Assembly: GCA_965153285.1 (NCBI GenBank)
Contig: OZ229111.1
Source: Podarcis tiliguerta
Lineage: Eukaryota
Direction: 5' to 3' (one strand)
Length of the DNA: 64,000 nt
Part shown: one piece after another, positions 1-11,705 of the stretch
How the letters are laid out: each line of letters starts with the position of its first letter
Position numbering within the stretch: the first letter of the stretch is position 1
The notes under the pieces: generated by a model
Database searches by the model: none
Seen by the model: the letters and a program-made list of their open reading frames with translations, nothing else
What the model was told of the DNA's origin: nothing
Program-made: the position numbers and the translations under genes

Positions 1-370
1 TCTTCATCTTTTGTTTCCCATTCTAGCAGAATGCTTTCTTCAGCAGCTTCACTTCTTCTTCTATAACTTGTATAGCTAAACCCTTTCTTATTATCTTCCT
101 TGTACATCTCATGTATTTGTCTGCAATGCAGCCAACTCTGGAAATGGTCTTTAATTTCCTCATAATCTTTTAATTTCTATTTTCCTTCTTGATCTCTCAG
201 TAATCTCTATAAGTAGGTCACGTCCCCTTTTTATACCGAGTGGTTTGAGTAACGAAGCTTCAATTGGTGATAACCACCAGGGTGCCCAAAACGTCTTTCA
301 ATAGATGCGTACCTTTCACAACTGACGCATCTTTTCCAGATGGTTTGGAAGTGATGTAGCTTAATAGACC
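1..370 (-). mobile_element. Degraded L1/Tx1-like LINE ORF2 fragment
   Basis: Minus-strand translation gives PWWLSPIEA and LLEWETKDE segments resembling squamate L1 ORF2 C-terminal region, broken by stops/frameshifts; runs off window start. Confidence 0.55.
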
Positions 371-668
371 ATAGTTGGCTGCCCTTAGGAGGACAGAAGA
401 CCTTGAGATTCTACCCAGTGCCCAGAGCTGTCGGTACAGTAATGTGGACCGTACGAGTGACAGAAAAGAGTGGATGGTGATAATGGTGGTTCTGAGGTTG
501 TTTACTGCACAAAGCTGCTGTGGTCGGGATTTTGATGTACTGGAAGGTATAATCTATGTTCATGCAGGCTAGTCTTAGGCTATCAGGGTCATGGATGAGA
601 TTAGATGCCAAATGAAGACAAGAAAGAAGAATCTGGGATGAAACTAACTTTTCTCTTTGCTTCAACAG

Positions 669-857
669 GAGAGCAAGGACTTGGCTTTACCAGAAGGTGC
701 CGCTTCAGATATATCAGTCGTTCCCATTGCACCCATGGATGATTATTTCTCCTTCATCAACCGCATCCATGGCAAGCAGCTTGAAGCTGCTAAGGGCAAA
801 GTAAAAATTCCAACCCCCAAACCTGCCAGTGCCCAGGATCCTAGCACTTCCTCCTAA
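669..857 (+). CDS. PCP2: Probable terminal coding exon of PCP2 (Purkinje cell protein 2, GoLoco protein)
   Basis: Branch point CTAAC, pyrimidine tract and CAG acceptor at 666-668; open to TAA 855-857; GoLoco-like DDYFSFINRIHGKQLEAAK; QDP near C-terminus; convergent with PET100 as PCP2 is in human; ATTAAA at 1212-1217. Confidence 0.5.
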   Translation, partial: ESKDLALPEGAASDISVVPIAPMDDYFSFINRIHGKQLEAAKGKVKIPTPKPASAQDPSTSS

Positions 858-2104
858 AGGCACAGATCTGCAAGACCTCCTCTCCCAAATCTACCATGCT
901 TTGCTTTAACCTCACATTTCCTCCACCCCAGCAGTAGGGATGTAACCTACAAATATTTTTGATAACGAGGTTCTTTCAATGTCCTTGCATGAGATATTTG
1001 TCAAGTCCTACTACCCAAGACACAAGCACAGACCTTGTTTCTCAAATCCACTAAGCCCTGGCACTGCTTCCCCATAGGACGCAAGCAGTTCTACCCACAA
1101 AGTCCCCCTCCCCACATACACATCAGATTCCTCTACTTCTATCCCTCTTAACATGCCTAGCAGTGTTCCCTTGGACATTGAGGCAAGTACTGCCTCAAAT
1201 GTATAAATGCAATTAAAAAAGCTTTTTCGGAACAGAGTGTAAAATGGGTAGTCATTTATGGAACAGGGTCATGCCCAACAAGAACAGAACACTGTGAAAA
1301 GTACGTTGGATTTTGAATATTGAACTATCAAGCTTTCAATGCACTGGGTGATTACACAATGGGACTGCCAGAATTACAGTGTTCTTGGGGGTGGGGGTGG
1401 ATTGTACTTTTAGTTTTCAGAAGTCACAAGAAGTATGGCAAAATATAAAAGAGAGATCACGGCAGGCTGTTCACCTGCAGCACCAAACTACTCTTCTCCC
1501 GTCTTCATAAAACTGCAGGATATATTCCAGGAAATCAACGGCCTGTTCATCCATCTGTTTTGCATCCATGCTTTTAGCAGCCCATTCACACTAAACAATA
1601 GTTTATTTTACTATGGTTTAATGTGATGTGCAAACCAAAGCAAGGAGAGAAGAAAGCAGTGCAGAAGGACCCACCTGGATAAAACAGATCTTCAGTCCAA
1701 GGAGGACAAGTGAAATATAACTTGCATCTCTGAAGACACCCAGATACCTTTACTGAAAGACATACAGAGATTCAGTCTTTCTACAAATAACTTTTTATTC
1801 AAAGTGACTCTCCTAAGACAGCAGCCAAACTTGCAGACAGGGTTCAGCAGCTTCACCCAGCAAGAGCCAGAAGAACACGAAGGAAGTAGCCTATATCCTC
1901 TTCCCATTTTCCATTGACGGCCATGGAGGCATGCACAGAACCATTATTCAGGAATACAAAGTGAAACTGCATTGCAATTCCCTTCATCCCTTAGTACAAA
2001 AAGTGTTTTAGAGGGCATTTATTAAGTTAAAGTAGGAGATTTGTGATGACAACTTTCTTGAGAGTGCATCAAACCCTGAGGAGAAAGGGGATGATGCTAC
2101 ATCA

Positions 2105-2182
2105 TTATTCCTTAGCTGACTGCAGCATCCGCTTCTCGTGTTCCTTCCTCATTCTCTCTTTGAAGTCTTCCAGTTCTTTTCT
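2105..2182 (-). CDS. PET100: PET100 exon 4 (coding part)
   Basis: CAG acceptor; RKELEDFKERMRKEHEKRMLQSAKE then TAA. Confidence 0.92.
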   Translation of the reverse strand, partial: RKELEDFKERMRKEHEKRMLQSAKE

Positions 2183-4428
2183 CTGGAGAAGACAGAAGTG
2201 CCAATTTCATCATAAATGATCTGTTCGCTTAGACCGGGGGTGGGCTACTTATGGCCCTCCAGTTGGAATCCCAATGCCCATCAGTCCTAGCCAGCATGGC
2301 CAATCGTCAGGAAAGATGGGAGCTGCAGGCTAACAATCTGGAAGGCCGCAGGTTCCCCACTCCTGGATTAGACATGCAGTATTCATTGTTGAGGCATATT
2401 TACCTGGTAATTATCTTCAGGTGGGTATATCTCTCTCTGAAGGAAAAGGATTAAAAAGGGAATCATATTATTGGAAAGTCCCGTTTTTATATTGAAACAG
2501 ATTAAAACCATGCCACCTAAAATTCCACTGCCGTTCAAGCAGAAAGCAGCCAAATTTGTCAAAAACACCAAGAGGGCATGGAAAATACAGCCAGTTCGAG
2601 TGAGGGAACAAACCAAAATTCTAAGAGAACTGAAAAGTCTTCCTAATTTTCAAGAGACTGTCACTGGGGATATAATCAGAATTGTAGAGTTGGAAGGGTA
2701 CACTAAAGTCATCTAGTCCAACCCCGTGAAATGCAGAGATCTTTTGTCCAACCTGGGACTCAAACCTAAGACCCTGAGATTAAGAGTCTCATGCCTAAGA
2801 AGAACATTTACCTGGGAAATAAAATCTTGTTTATTCTCCTAATAGTTCAGGTATCAAGTACAGACGGTAGCATAACCCAAATGGGGCCACCAAGGAACAG
2901 CATCGGAATGCTTGGGGTAACTCTGATAGTGGCAGAAGTGGGGGGGGGGGGTCTTTAAAACTAAAACTGAAAGAGGCAATGCTCCCCCAAATAGCCCAGG
3001 GTTAAGAATGCTCATAGAATATAGACTGAGAGCTGAAAAATAAAAAAGGAAGAGAAGAGAAGTGGAAAGCCCTCCTTGGACGGAATGGCTGACTGGAACC
3101 CTGAACAGGAAGCCTCTTTTTAGGAGAGAATATATGCTGCAACATTTTGCTGCAGGTTCCACTTATTATTATTATTAATTTTGTTTATTTACAGACCAAT
3201 GATTCCTGCTAAACAGCACACCAGAAGCAACTAGATGCATTGTGTGCAATGCCAGCTTTTGCATACAGTACTTGCTTGTAGAAGCCAGGCTCCCAGCAAT
3301 GGCTGTTGAGTAAAATGCAATTTAAAGGAAGCCTTGGTTTTTCTTTTCCAATTCCAGAGGTAAAACCAACATGATAATTTAAAAAAAAATAACAGATAAA
3401 ACCTCACAGGAAAGGTTTGGAAATGATTTCATTAGTCCACCCTGTTCTTCCCTTTCTAATTACATGACAAAACTGACCTTCCGCTTGATAACATATTCTT
3501 CAAAATAATCTGCCTGATTTGAAATCCAGAACATAGCAACAGGAAAAGATAAATACAGCATCATCTGCAAGAGAAAGGAGATAGGAAGTCAGATGGTAAT
3601 ACAGGTGCATTGGGACACTTTGCAGGGTTTTATTAGATTTTGCCCAATCTGGCCCTTGACGGCAGAAGCTTCCTCTCATCCCTTGCTAAAAGGTCAGGAG
3701 GACGACCATCATATGGTAGAGGTAAAGGTAAAAAAAGGTAAAGGTAGAAAGGAGAAATGGCAGAAAGGAAGAGAAACACATCTAGGTTGCAGGCGAAGTT
3801 ATTGTGCACCAGGATGCTGAGGGAGAGAAGGAAAGGATCACTGACAACACCAAGGGCTGTGCTTCTAGGGCGAAGGAAGACGCAGGGCGCAACGGCACCT
3901 CGGGCACATTAACGAGCAGCGCATTTCACCAGTTTCCGCACTGGAATTGTAACCACCCCGACCTGCTCTTCCTGGAGGACAGACGGCATTTCCCTGCAGA
4001 TACCCGCGAGTAAGGGCAACCTGCTCTTTCCTACGTGCTTCCCAACATTATGCATGTATGAAACCTAACAGATATTCAAAACTACATCTATTGCCTTGAA
4101 AATAAGATCGAGCGATCGAGCTGCCTGCCCTTCCAGTTATATATTTTAACCCATAAAACCGAAGCTCTCCGAGGCACGTGAAGGGCTCCAAGCGGGGAGG
4201 ATCTTATCTTAAACTCGTATGTTAGCCAGCGAGCCCCCAAGAGCGAAAAGAGAGCCTGCCGGGGAGGAGGTTTTTGCCCCGGGGGAGCTGCACAGGACTT
4301 TTTGCCCCGGGGTTTTTGCCCCGGGGGAGCTGCACAAGACTTTCTGTCTGCGAAAGAGAAATCCCCATTCCCACCCCAGGAGGACCCCGCTTGCCACAGA
4401 CCCGGAACACCTCCAGCTTCACCCCCAT
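2105..4428 (-). CDS. PET100: PET100 cytochrome c oxidase assembly chaperone, complete 4-exon CDS, 74 aa
   Basis: Exons 4402-4428, 3478-3564, 2404-2436, 2105-2182 join to MGVKLEVFR-MMLYLSFPVAMFWISNQADYFEEYVIKRK-REIYPPEDNYQ-RKELEDFKERMRKEHEKRMLQSAKE*; GT-AG phase-0 introns; AATAAA at 2018-2023 (-). Confidence 0.95.
2235..2365. mobile_element. hAT-type MITE (palindromic CCCATCA/GATGGGAG family)
   Basis: Inverted termini; flanking 8-mers gcttagac/gattagac (7/8 TSD). Confidence 0.75.
2404..2436 (-). CDS. PET100: PET100 exon 3 (33 nt)
   Basis: CAG|REIYPPEDNYQ|GTAAAT. Confidence 0.9.
2672..2794 (-). mobile_element. tRNA-Lys-derived SINE with CR1-type 3' tail, 5'-truncated
   Basis: Reverse complement GCATGAGACTCTTAATCTCAGGGTC (tRNA-Lys CTT arm) followed by GGGGTTGGACTAGATGA...CCCTTCCAACTCTACAATTCT. 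Confidence 0.75.
3478..3564 (-). CDS. PET100: PET100 exon 2 (transmembrane segment)
   Basis: CAG|MMLYLSFPVAMFWISNQADYFEEYVIKRK|GTCAGT. Confidence 0.95.
4269..4343. repeat. Local tandem duplication, 42-nt period
   Basis: ggtttttgccccgggggagctgcacaRgacttt at 4269 and 4311; three copies of tttttgccccgggg. Confidence 0.85.
4402..4428 (-). CDS. PET100: PET100 exon 1 (coding part)
   Basis: gcgccATGG Kozak context, MGVKLEVFR, donor GTCTGT. Confidence 0.93.
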
Positions 4429-4703
4429 GGCGCCGCTTGCCCGATGCTGAACGGGGCCCCGCCCTCCCTCTGGCACCGCCCTCCCTCGCCATATGCCACG
4501 CCCCTAAAGTCTTCCGAAGATGGCGCCCGCAAGCAACATGGCGGCTGGAAGGCGGAAAGGAAACGTCCTCCCTGTCGGATGACCAATAGGACTGTTGCTG
4601 GCCAAGTGACGCAAGCGGAGGAGAGAGCCCGAGCTCTGAACCGCAGCTGTGCTTGTGCGTCATTGCCGTGCGCCTCGCTCGCTCGGAGTGGGAAGCGTCC
4701 AAG
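4429..4703. promoter_or_regulatory. Bidirectional CpG-island promoter and 5' UTRs of PET100/XAB2
   Basis: 275 bp between divergent ATGs; CpG-rich; GC box 4457-4464; YY1-like AAGATGGCG 4517-4525 and CAACATGGCGGC 4534-4545; CCAAT 4583-4587; TGACGCA 4607-4613 and TGCGTCA 4656-4662. Confidence 0.85.
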
Positions 4704-4748
4704 ATGCCGGAGCTGGAGACGGTGTTGGGGAAGCGGGAGCTCTTTTTC
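4704..4748 (+). CDS. XAB2: XAB2 exon 1
   Basis: ATG 4704, [15 protein letters not shown], donor GTGAGT. Confidence 0.88.
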
Positions 4749-7700
4749 GTGAGTAGGCCCCGGTGGGAGGGTGTCGGGGGGTGAAATGCTCGGACGGGTC
4801 CTCCCTAGACCGAGCTCTCTTTCGCCCACAGAACTTAATTCTCCCCCCCCCGCCGGTGAAATAAAAGGCGAGGCTTGCTTCGAACATGTGCAGAGTTCTT
4901 TCCCCTCAAGATTGAACCAAGTCAAGGAAAAGCGATGTAATCCTTCTAATAGGGAGTCGCTGGGTGATAGCCTTGCACAATAATTCTACTTTGCATTCGT
5001 GCAGCGAATTTTAAGTGTTCAAAATGTCCCGTGTACCGTATGGTATTTCATGGCCAGGGCAAGTGTTGTTACAATAGAACCGCTGTCTCTTTGTGCCCTT
5101 TGACTCAATCCTTCTTGTAACATTTAATACCAAAAAATATTTTGATATGACATCATCATACTGCTTCTGCTAGCCTATGGTGTTAAAGTGGGGTGCATAT
5201 TATGATGTCACTCTATGTTATTTTAAGTAGACATTTAAAAAGGAAGAGGCTTAGAGTGACAGCTGTTGTATGATTCTTTGTAACAGCCTTTCTCAACCTT
5301 GGGCTCCCAGATGTCGTTGCACTACAATTTCTGTCATTTCTCTCTAGCAGGACCAGTGGTCAGGGATGATGGGACTTGTGGTTCAGCAGTATTTGGGACC
5401 CAGGATTGAGAAATGCTGCTCTATAATATCTGCTTTGGTCGTTACTAACTTACAGTAGTCCTGTAAGGTAAGATTGTACACACACATCCCAATATTTGAG
5501 CTTAGAGCTGGGACCAGAGACTTGCTAAAGATTACTTAGTGAGTTTGTGGCTGCAGTAAAATATGAAGTGATGATTTTTTGGTTCATTTTTCATACGCTC
5601 ACATGTAAAATTAGGTAGCATTTTTCAAAAGCCTGAAGATAGCATTGGAGTGCGTAAGTTATAACGGTGCTGCACAAAGAAATATAATAGTACATCCTCT
5701 CTCTAAATTTATATCGCCTTGCTCCTCACCCCTACACAGGAAGAGGAAGACTTGCAATATGAAGAAGAAATATTGCGCAACCCCTTCTCTGTCAAGTGCT
5801 GGATCCGCTACATTGAGTTCAAGCAAAATGCTCCCAAGCATATCTTGAATCTGATCTATGAGAGAGCTCTTAAGGAATTGCCAGGCAGGTATGCACTTAT
5901 GTCTCTTTCTTTTGTGTAAAGTTCTTTAGCAAACTGCATGAAGGTAGTAGGGGAACCTTTTTCAATCCAGATTTTCATAAGGCATTGTTGTATAAAAAAT
6001 GTAAATGAAAGGCTAACTCTTAACTTCTCCAGAATTGAGGGGAGTTTCTTATGATCTGTTTTCTGGTCTCTTCTGAAAGCAGACAGGAATACCCTCAACA
6101 GATGGAACCCCTTGCTGTCCCTGTTGATGTTTCCCTGGTTATTTCAGGAGCAAGGCACTATGATCACCCAACTCCCCTCGTAATGAGAGCTGGGAGCAAC
6201 ATGGCAAAATCTTTTACTTTAATGTTAATAGTTGCCCCCTTTGTGTTTTGCAGCTACAAGCTATGGTATAATTATCTTAAGCAGCGACGGAAGCAGGTAA
6301 AGAGCAAGTGTGTAACGGATCCCAGCTATGAAGAAGTGAACAACTGTCATGAACGTGCCCTTGTCTTCATGCACAAGGTACAGTGGTTGGCGATATTCTT
6401 AGAGGGCTGGTAACGCCTGGGAAAAGTGAGTCAATCATAATGGCTGCTATTCTGGCTGGGTTATGACGATGTCTATGTGAAGGCCTCACATATGTTTTAA
6501 TTCCAGAGCTGTTTCTCAGATGTGTGCATATGTGGAGTGCAATAATGGCTCTAGTATACCACTTTCTACTCTCTTAAAAACAACAGTCTTTAGCCTAAAT
6601 CTGTGAGTTTGTCTCAGAAACTGTTGTAGATGCCACATAGCAATGGGAAGGAAATGATAAAAATAACAGGGGAGCTCCTTCCTTAAGAAGAAAGCCTTAA
6701 CGAAAATCACTGAAGGGTTTGTAAACTGATGAGCCATTCTGTAGAGAATTTTTTATTCAAAACACTAGCACTTGAGTCTCCTAGTGAAATTAGAGATCTT
6801 TCTATGTATAAGATGCCCCCAAATTTCGGACATTATTTTTTAGGGGGGAAACCTAGTTTATACACGGAAAAATACGGTAATTGATTTCAATAGGTTTAAG
6901 ATAAGCAAAAAGGAAATGCACAAAAGTTGTTGGACACTATTTTGGATGGCCAAATCCTGGCTATGTCTGGGAAATTCCAGACGTATGGCAGCCCTAGTAT
7001 TACAAAGTGTGGAGTTTGTAAGTAAGTTTGTTGGCTTTTTGAATAAAGAAATAGATAAATTAGTGGAGTCCATTAAGCAGAATTTCTAAAAATGGAACAG
7101 CTGTATTCAGAGGCAGTGACTTGCTTGACTGCTGCATGCTAGATGCAAGCCACTGTTGTTGTCATAGCCCACTTGTGAACTTCCTAGTCACATATGTGTA
7201 GCCACTATTAGAAGCAGGCTGTGGGACAGTGTTAATGTTTGGTCGGATCCCCAAAGGGAGTTTCTATTTTCTTATTATTTGTCTGATTGTAGATGCCTCG
7301 GATATGGCTAGATTACTGCCAGTTTCTTATGGACCAGTGTCGGATCACCCGCACCCGTAGGACCTTTGACCGAGCCCTCCGGGCCCTGCCCATCACACAG
7401 CACCATCGTATCTGGCCACTCTACCTGAAGTTTGTGCGCCTGTATCCATTACCCGAGACAGCTGTACGGGTCTACCGCAGGTACCTGAAGGTAAGGGAGC
7501 CCACATGTCCCCAACTAATTTGTCTTACCAAACTCTTCCACCTCTGAGCCATCTGCGTAATCTTTGTAGAGAAAGTGTTGTCTTCCTTGTGCAATGACTG
7601 CCTAAATGGGTTTCTTCTTTTTCAGGCTCCTTTTCATTATTAGCACTGAATGAATTCTTGCCCTGCTTTTAGACTTGTGCATAGCCCTTGCGAAACTTCT

Positions 7701-10700
7701 ACTGGAATACTATACTGTATTTGACTTGGGTACTCATAGTGTTTGGAAGTGGCTAGAGAGGGTTCAGAGAGATCAGAAGGCTGTGGAACAAATTCTTCAA
7801 TAGCACCAAAATATTTGATTGATTTCATTTATGACAGAGAACCATAAAATTGTTTTTTCAGCAAAGAGAAATCCCTTCTCAAAGGGAGAGTATTAGACAA
7901 AAGTGTTATTTAATTAGGTACCTCTCTTGATCAGATCAGGGAGATTTCCCAGAAATACTAATGCACCAAGGGCCTTCTCGGTAGTGGCGCCCACCCTGTG
8001 GAACACCCTCCCTTCAGATGTGAAGGAAATAAGCAGCTATCCTATCTTTAAAAAACATCTGAAGGCAGCCCTGTTTAGGGAAGTTTTTAATATTTAATGC
8101 TGTATTGTTTTTAACACTTGATTGGGAGCTGCCCAGAATATTATTATTCATTGTGTTAACCCAAGAACTGTCCTTCAACTGGGAGTTGAGATGCAGAAAC
8201 CTGTTGTAAATTACATCAGTGGTGCCCAATAATTTTCTTTTTTCTGTTATTTTTAAAGAAACCGAGACACCAGATGCAAAGGAAGCCACAATCCCTTAAC
8301 CTTCAGTAGTTTCGCAGAACAGGGAATTTCAGCAGGGACATGTTTTTTGCAGCCCTACATGTCAAATTCCATCTTTTACAACTCCCTCTTATATACATCT
8401 GGTAAAGATGCAAGGTGCTTGTACTTTTTTTGCATCTGAACATCCTACAGCGAGGATAAATGAACATATGCCAACTCTTAAGTAGATCCTGCATTGCAGA
8501 TGGACTTAAAGAGGGGTTCTGGGTCTGAAACCCTTTGCTTAGGACTCCTGAACTAGGACACCTCTTTACAAAATGTTGGCTGCTCTAAATCTGTAGATTG
8601 TGGTCTGTTTAATCTCCTGCTGTTTTTTATTTTAATTTTGGAATAAGTGAAAATTTTGTCATGTTGCATAAAAGAAATCACACTTGTTCCCACTGACAAA
8701 TCTTAATTAGCTATGCACAAAGGGTTATAAGCTACTCCTTGTATTCTTAGCTAACCTTGAGTTGGCACTTCTAGCAGTGCTGCAATTAATCTACATTTGC
8801 TCTTCTCCTTCCACTATGTCAGCATTCTGGTGGATTCTGAGCTGTACGTGTTTTTATGTTGCAGCTGAGCCCGGAGAATGCTGAGGAATATATTGAGTAC
8901 CTGCGCTCCATTGACCGCCTGGATGAGGCTGCTGTCCGCCTTGCCGCTGTGGTGAATGATGAACGCTTCATCTCCAAGGAGGGGAAATCGAACTATCAAG
9001 TGAGGCTCATGGTAGCTGGCAGTCAGCCCTCCAAAATTATATGGAGGATCTCTCTTCTCCTTCATCCAAAGATGCCTTCTGCAGAACAACCTGTACACTT
9101 GATGCTTTTCCTGCCTCTCAGCATTGCCAAGATCTCTCTGACACCTTGTCCTCTCCGTTGCAGCTGTGGCACGAGCTCTGTGACCTCATCTCGCAGAATC
9201 CGGACAAGGTGAAGTCGCTCAATGTGGGGGCCATAATCCGGGGCGGCCTGACTCGCTTCACCGACCAGCTGGGCAAGCTATGGTGTTCCTTGGCAGACTA
9301 CTACATCCGCAGTGGGCATTTTGAGAAGGTAGTCACCTGGGCCTGAGGGTTTGTGCTGTGATGCAGGGACTTGGCTGGAGTCACATCCCAGGGGGAACTT
9401 CAAAATGGCACAGAGTGTAACGTTCAAGCCTTTCAGCTATTTCCTCTTAAATTCCTTGTTCATCTGGTCTGAGCAAGACCTCACCTTTATTTGGTGAAAA
9501 TCTTGGGTTGGAGACAGACATTAATTTTTATGAAGGGCTGAAGACAGTTTGAACAAAAATCTGCTAGTAATGGTAAATATGTGCCACCCACATATACCCC
9601 TACTAAGCAGACTTTATAGGTGTTTCTGTTGTTCTGAAACCCTTTTTGACCAGAAGGGAAGCCTCTTTTAGATCACTTTGAACTCACTTAAAAAGAGCTA
9701 TTGTCTGTCTCCACTCTTCTCCTAATTCACTCTTTTAAATAAGGCTTTTACTGAGCTTGTAGGGACCAGATAATGAACAGTAGGCAAAATAACCAACAGA
9801 AATCCTTACAAGCCACCAAACAAAAATGGAAATGGAAGAATCTGGAAGACTGGCAATAGAGGAAAGTTACTGAGCATAGAGGAGGGACAAAGGGTAGTGG
9901 GTGTATCTCCTATGATTTTCTTCTTTTATTATATTATTTCTGTTCTGCCTTTCTGCCCATCAGAAGAATTCATAGTGTCTCATAATACATGAGGTGTTCC
10001 AAGTTTGTGAAAAGTCACTAGGGAAAACAAATAAGAATCCTAGTAACTGTACACAACAAGCAGGATTTTCATGTCTTAATGTCATGCCGGGTAGATTTTT
10101 AGAAATCATGGTTTGTTTGCTTTTTAAATTGGTACCGAGGTCAGCAGACAGGTGAAAAAAATGTGATGTGTGGACAGCCAGAGGAGACTGAGAATTAGTA
10201 CTCAATAATGTATTCCCTCCTTTGGGACATCTGAACAAGCCCTCAGTTGTTCAGGTTTAAACTTCTGGGTGATCCTGTAACTTGATTCCTCCTCACAGTA
10301 GAATCAAAGGCAAAGGCATTTAGCCCAGAGGTTTTCAACCTTTTTGAGTCCACGGCTCCCTTGACCAACTGCATTTTTTCTGCAGCTCCCCTGTGGGGCT
10401 CAGGAGCCCAGTTATGTCACCCCTTGCCTGCAGAGCTGGCAGCCTCTCACCCTTTTTGGAACACCCTCCCTTGTGTAGGGTTCCCTCAGCCTCCTCTCCA
10501 CTCTTCTGGGCAGCTGCGTCTGCCGCCCCTGGTCTCTGAGTTGCCCCCCTCCCCAAGAGAGATGCCTCCCCAAGGGGCCTGGGAAGCAACCCCTGGCTGG
10601 CCACAGAGGCACCATTTGCTTGTAGCAAGGACTGCTGCAACAAACAGCTGTGCAAGCCTTTGGGAGGCAGAGACGCAAGAGGACATCAGAGGAGAGAGGG

Positions 10701-11660
10701 AAGGAAAGAGGGACAGAGACCAGTGTTGCCCTCAGCACCCCACCCATCATTCAGGGCACCCCAGGTTGAAAACTACTGATTTAGCTAATTCTTGGATTTG
10801 ATGGGCAACCTAGTGCATGATTTCCCCCGGCCTGAACATCCCTGTTAAATATAGGGTTGAGCTCTGAAAGCTGTTAGAATGCAGTTGTCACTTTGAACTG
10901 AGTTGCGGGTACCTGCTCTTTCTTGGCACAGAAAGTTTATGTTGCCTGTTCCAAATAACCTCTTTGTAGATCATTTTCATCCCAGAGGCAGTTCTTCTTG
11001 GACCACCGTTTCCTCCCACAATAAGAAAAAGCTTTGAGTTCCTTATAAGTGGATACGTCTTGAGTGGTGATCTGTGCTTTCTTAAGAGCATTTCCCATGA
11101 AAACCATTAGAGAAGTCAAAGCTGCTTGGTAGTGGCCGTGGGAACAGAGACCAGAGGCATTGCTTTGCAGACTGGAACAGTAATCCCTTCACCTTCTCTG
11201 TCTTAGGCTCGCGATGTCTACGAAGAAGCCATACAGACTGTGATGACAGTGCGGGATTTCACTCAGGTGTTCGACAGCTACGCCCAGTTTGAGGAGAGCA
11301 TGATCGCTGCCAAGATGGAGACCAGCTCTGAGATGGGACGTGAGGAGGAGGGTAAGAGCAGCTCAGGTGGTAGGAAGCAGGTGCTGCTCCTCCTTCCCTT
11401 TCGGAAGAGAAGAAATTCTTCTCCAGACTGCATCTAGGAGAATGCATGCCAGAGTTGCTGAGACTCCTGAGGATGTCTCAGTTCTCCCTAAACTTTTTCA
11501 AGTTGTGATGGACGTTTCTCCCTGGGGTTGCATCACTGATGCATTGGTGAAGCCTTATGTTAAAAGAGCTTCCCTCTCCTTTGGCCATTGAATGTGGACC
11601 CAGCAATTCTTAATTCGTATCCTTGCATTTTGTGGACATCCTTTGGAGCTTGGGAGATGA

Positions 11661-11705
<45 letters not shown>

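Noticed and set aside
4088-4983. Many overlapping ORFs of 60-204 aa around the promoter
   Set aside because: Expected from stop-poor CpG-island sequence; only the short first exons of PET100 and XAB2 are supported
10335-10801. Cluster of ORFs up to 146 aa in XAB2 intron 6
   Set aside because: Lies within a non-autonomous hAT element; no transposase motifs
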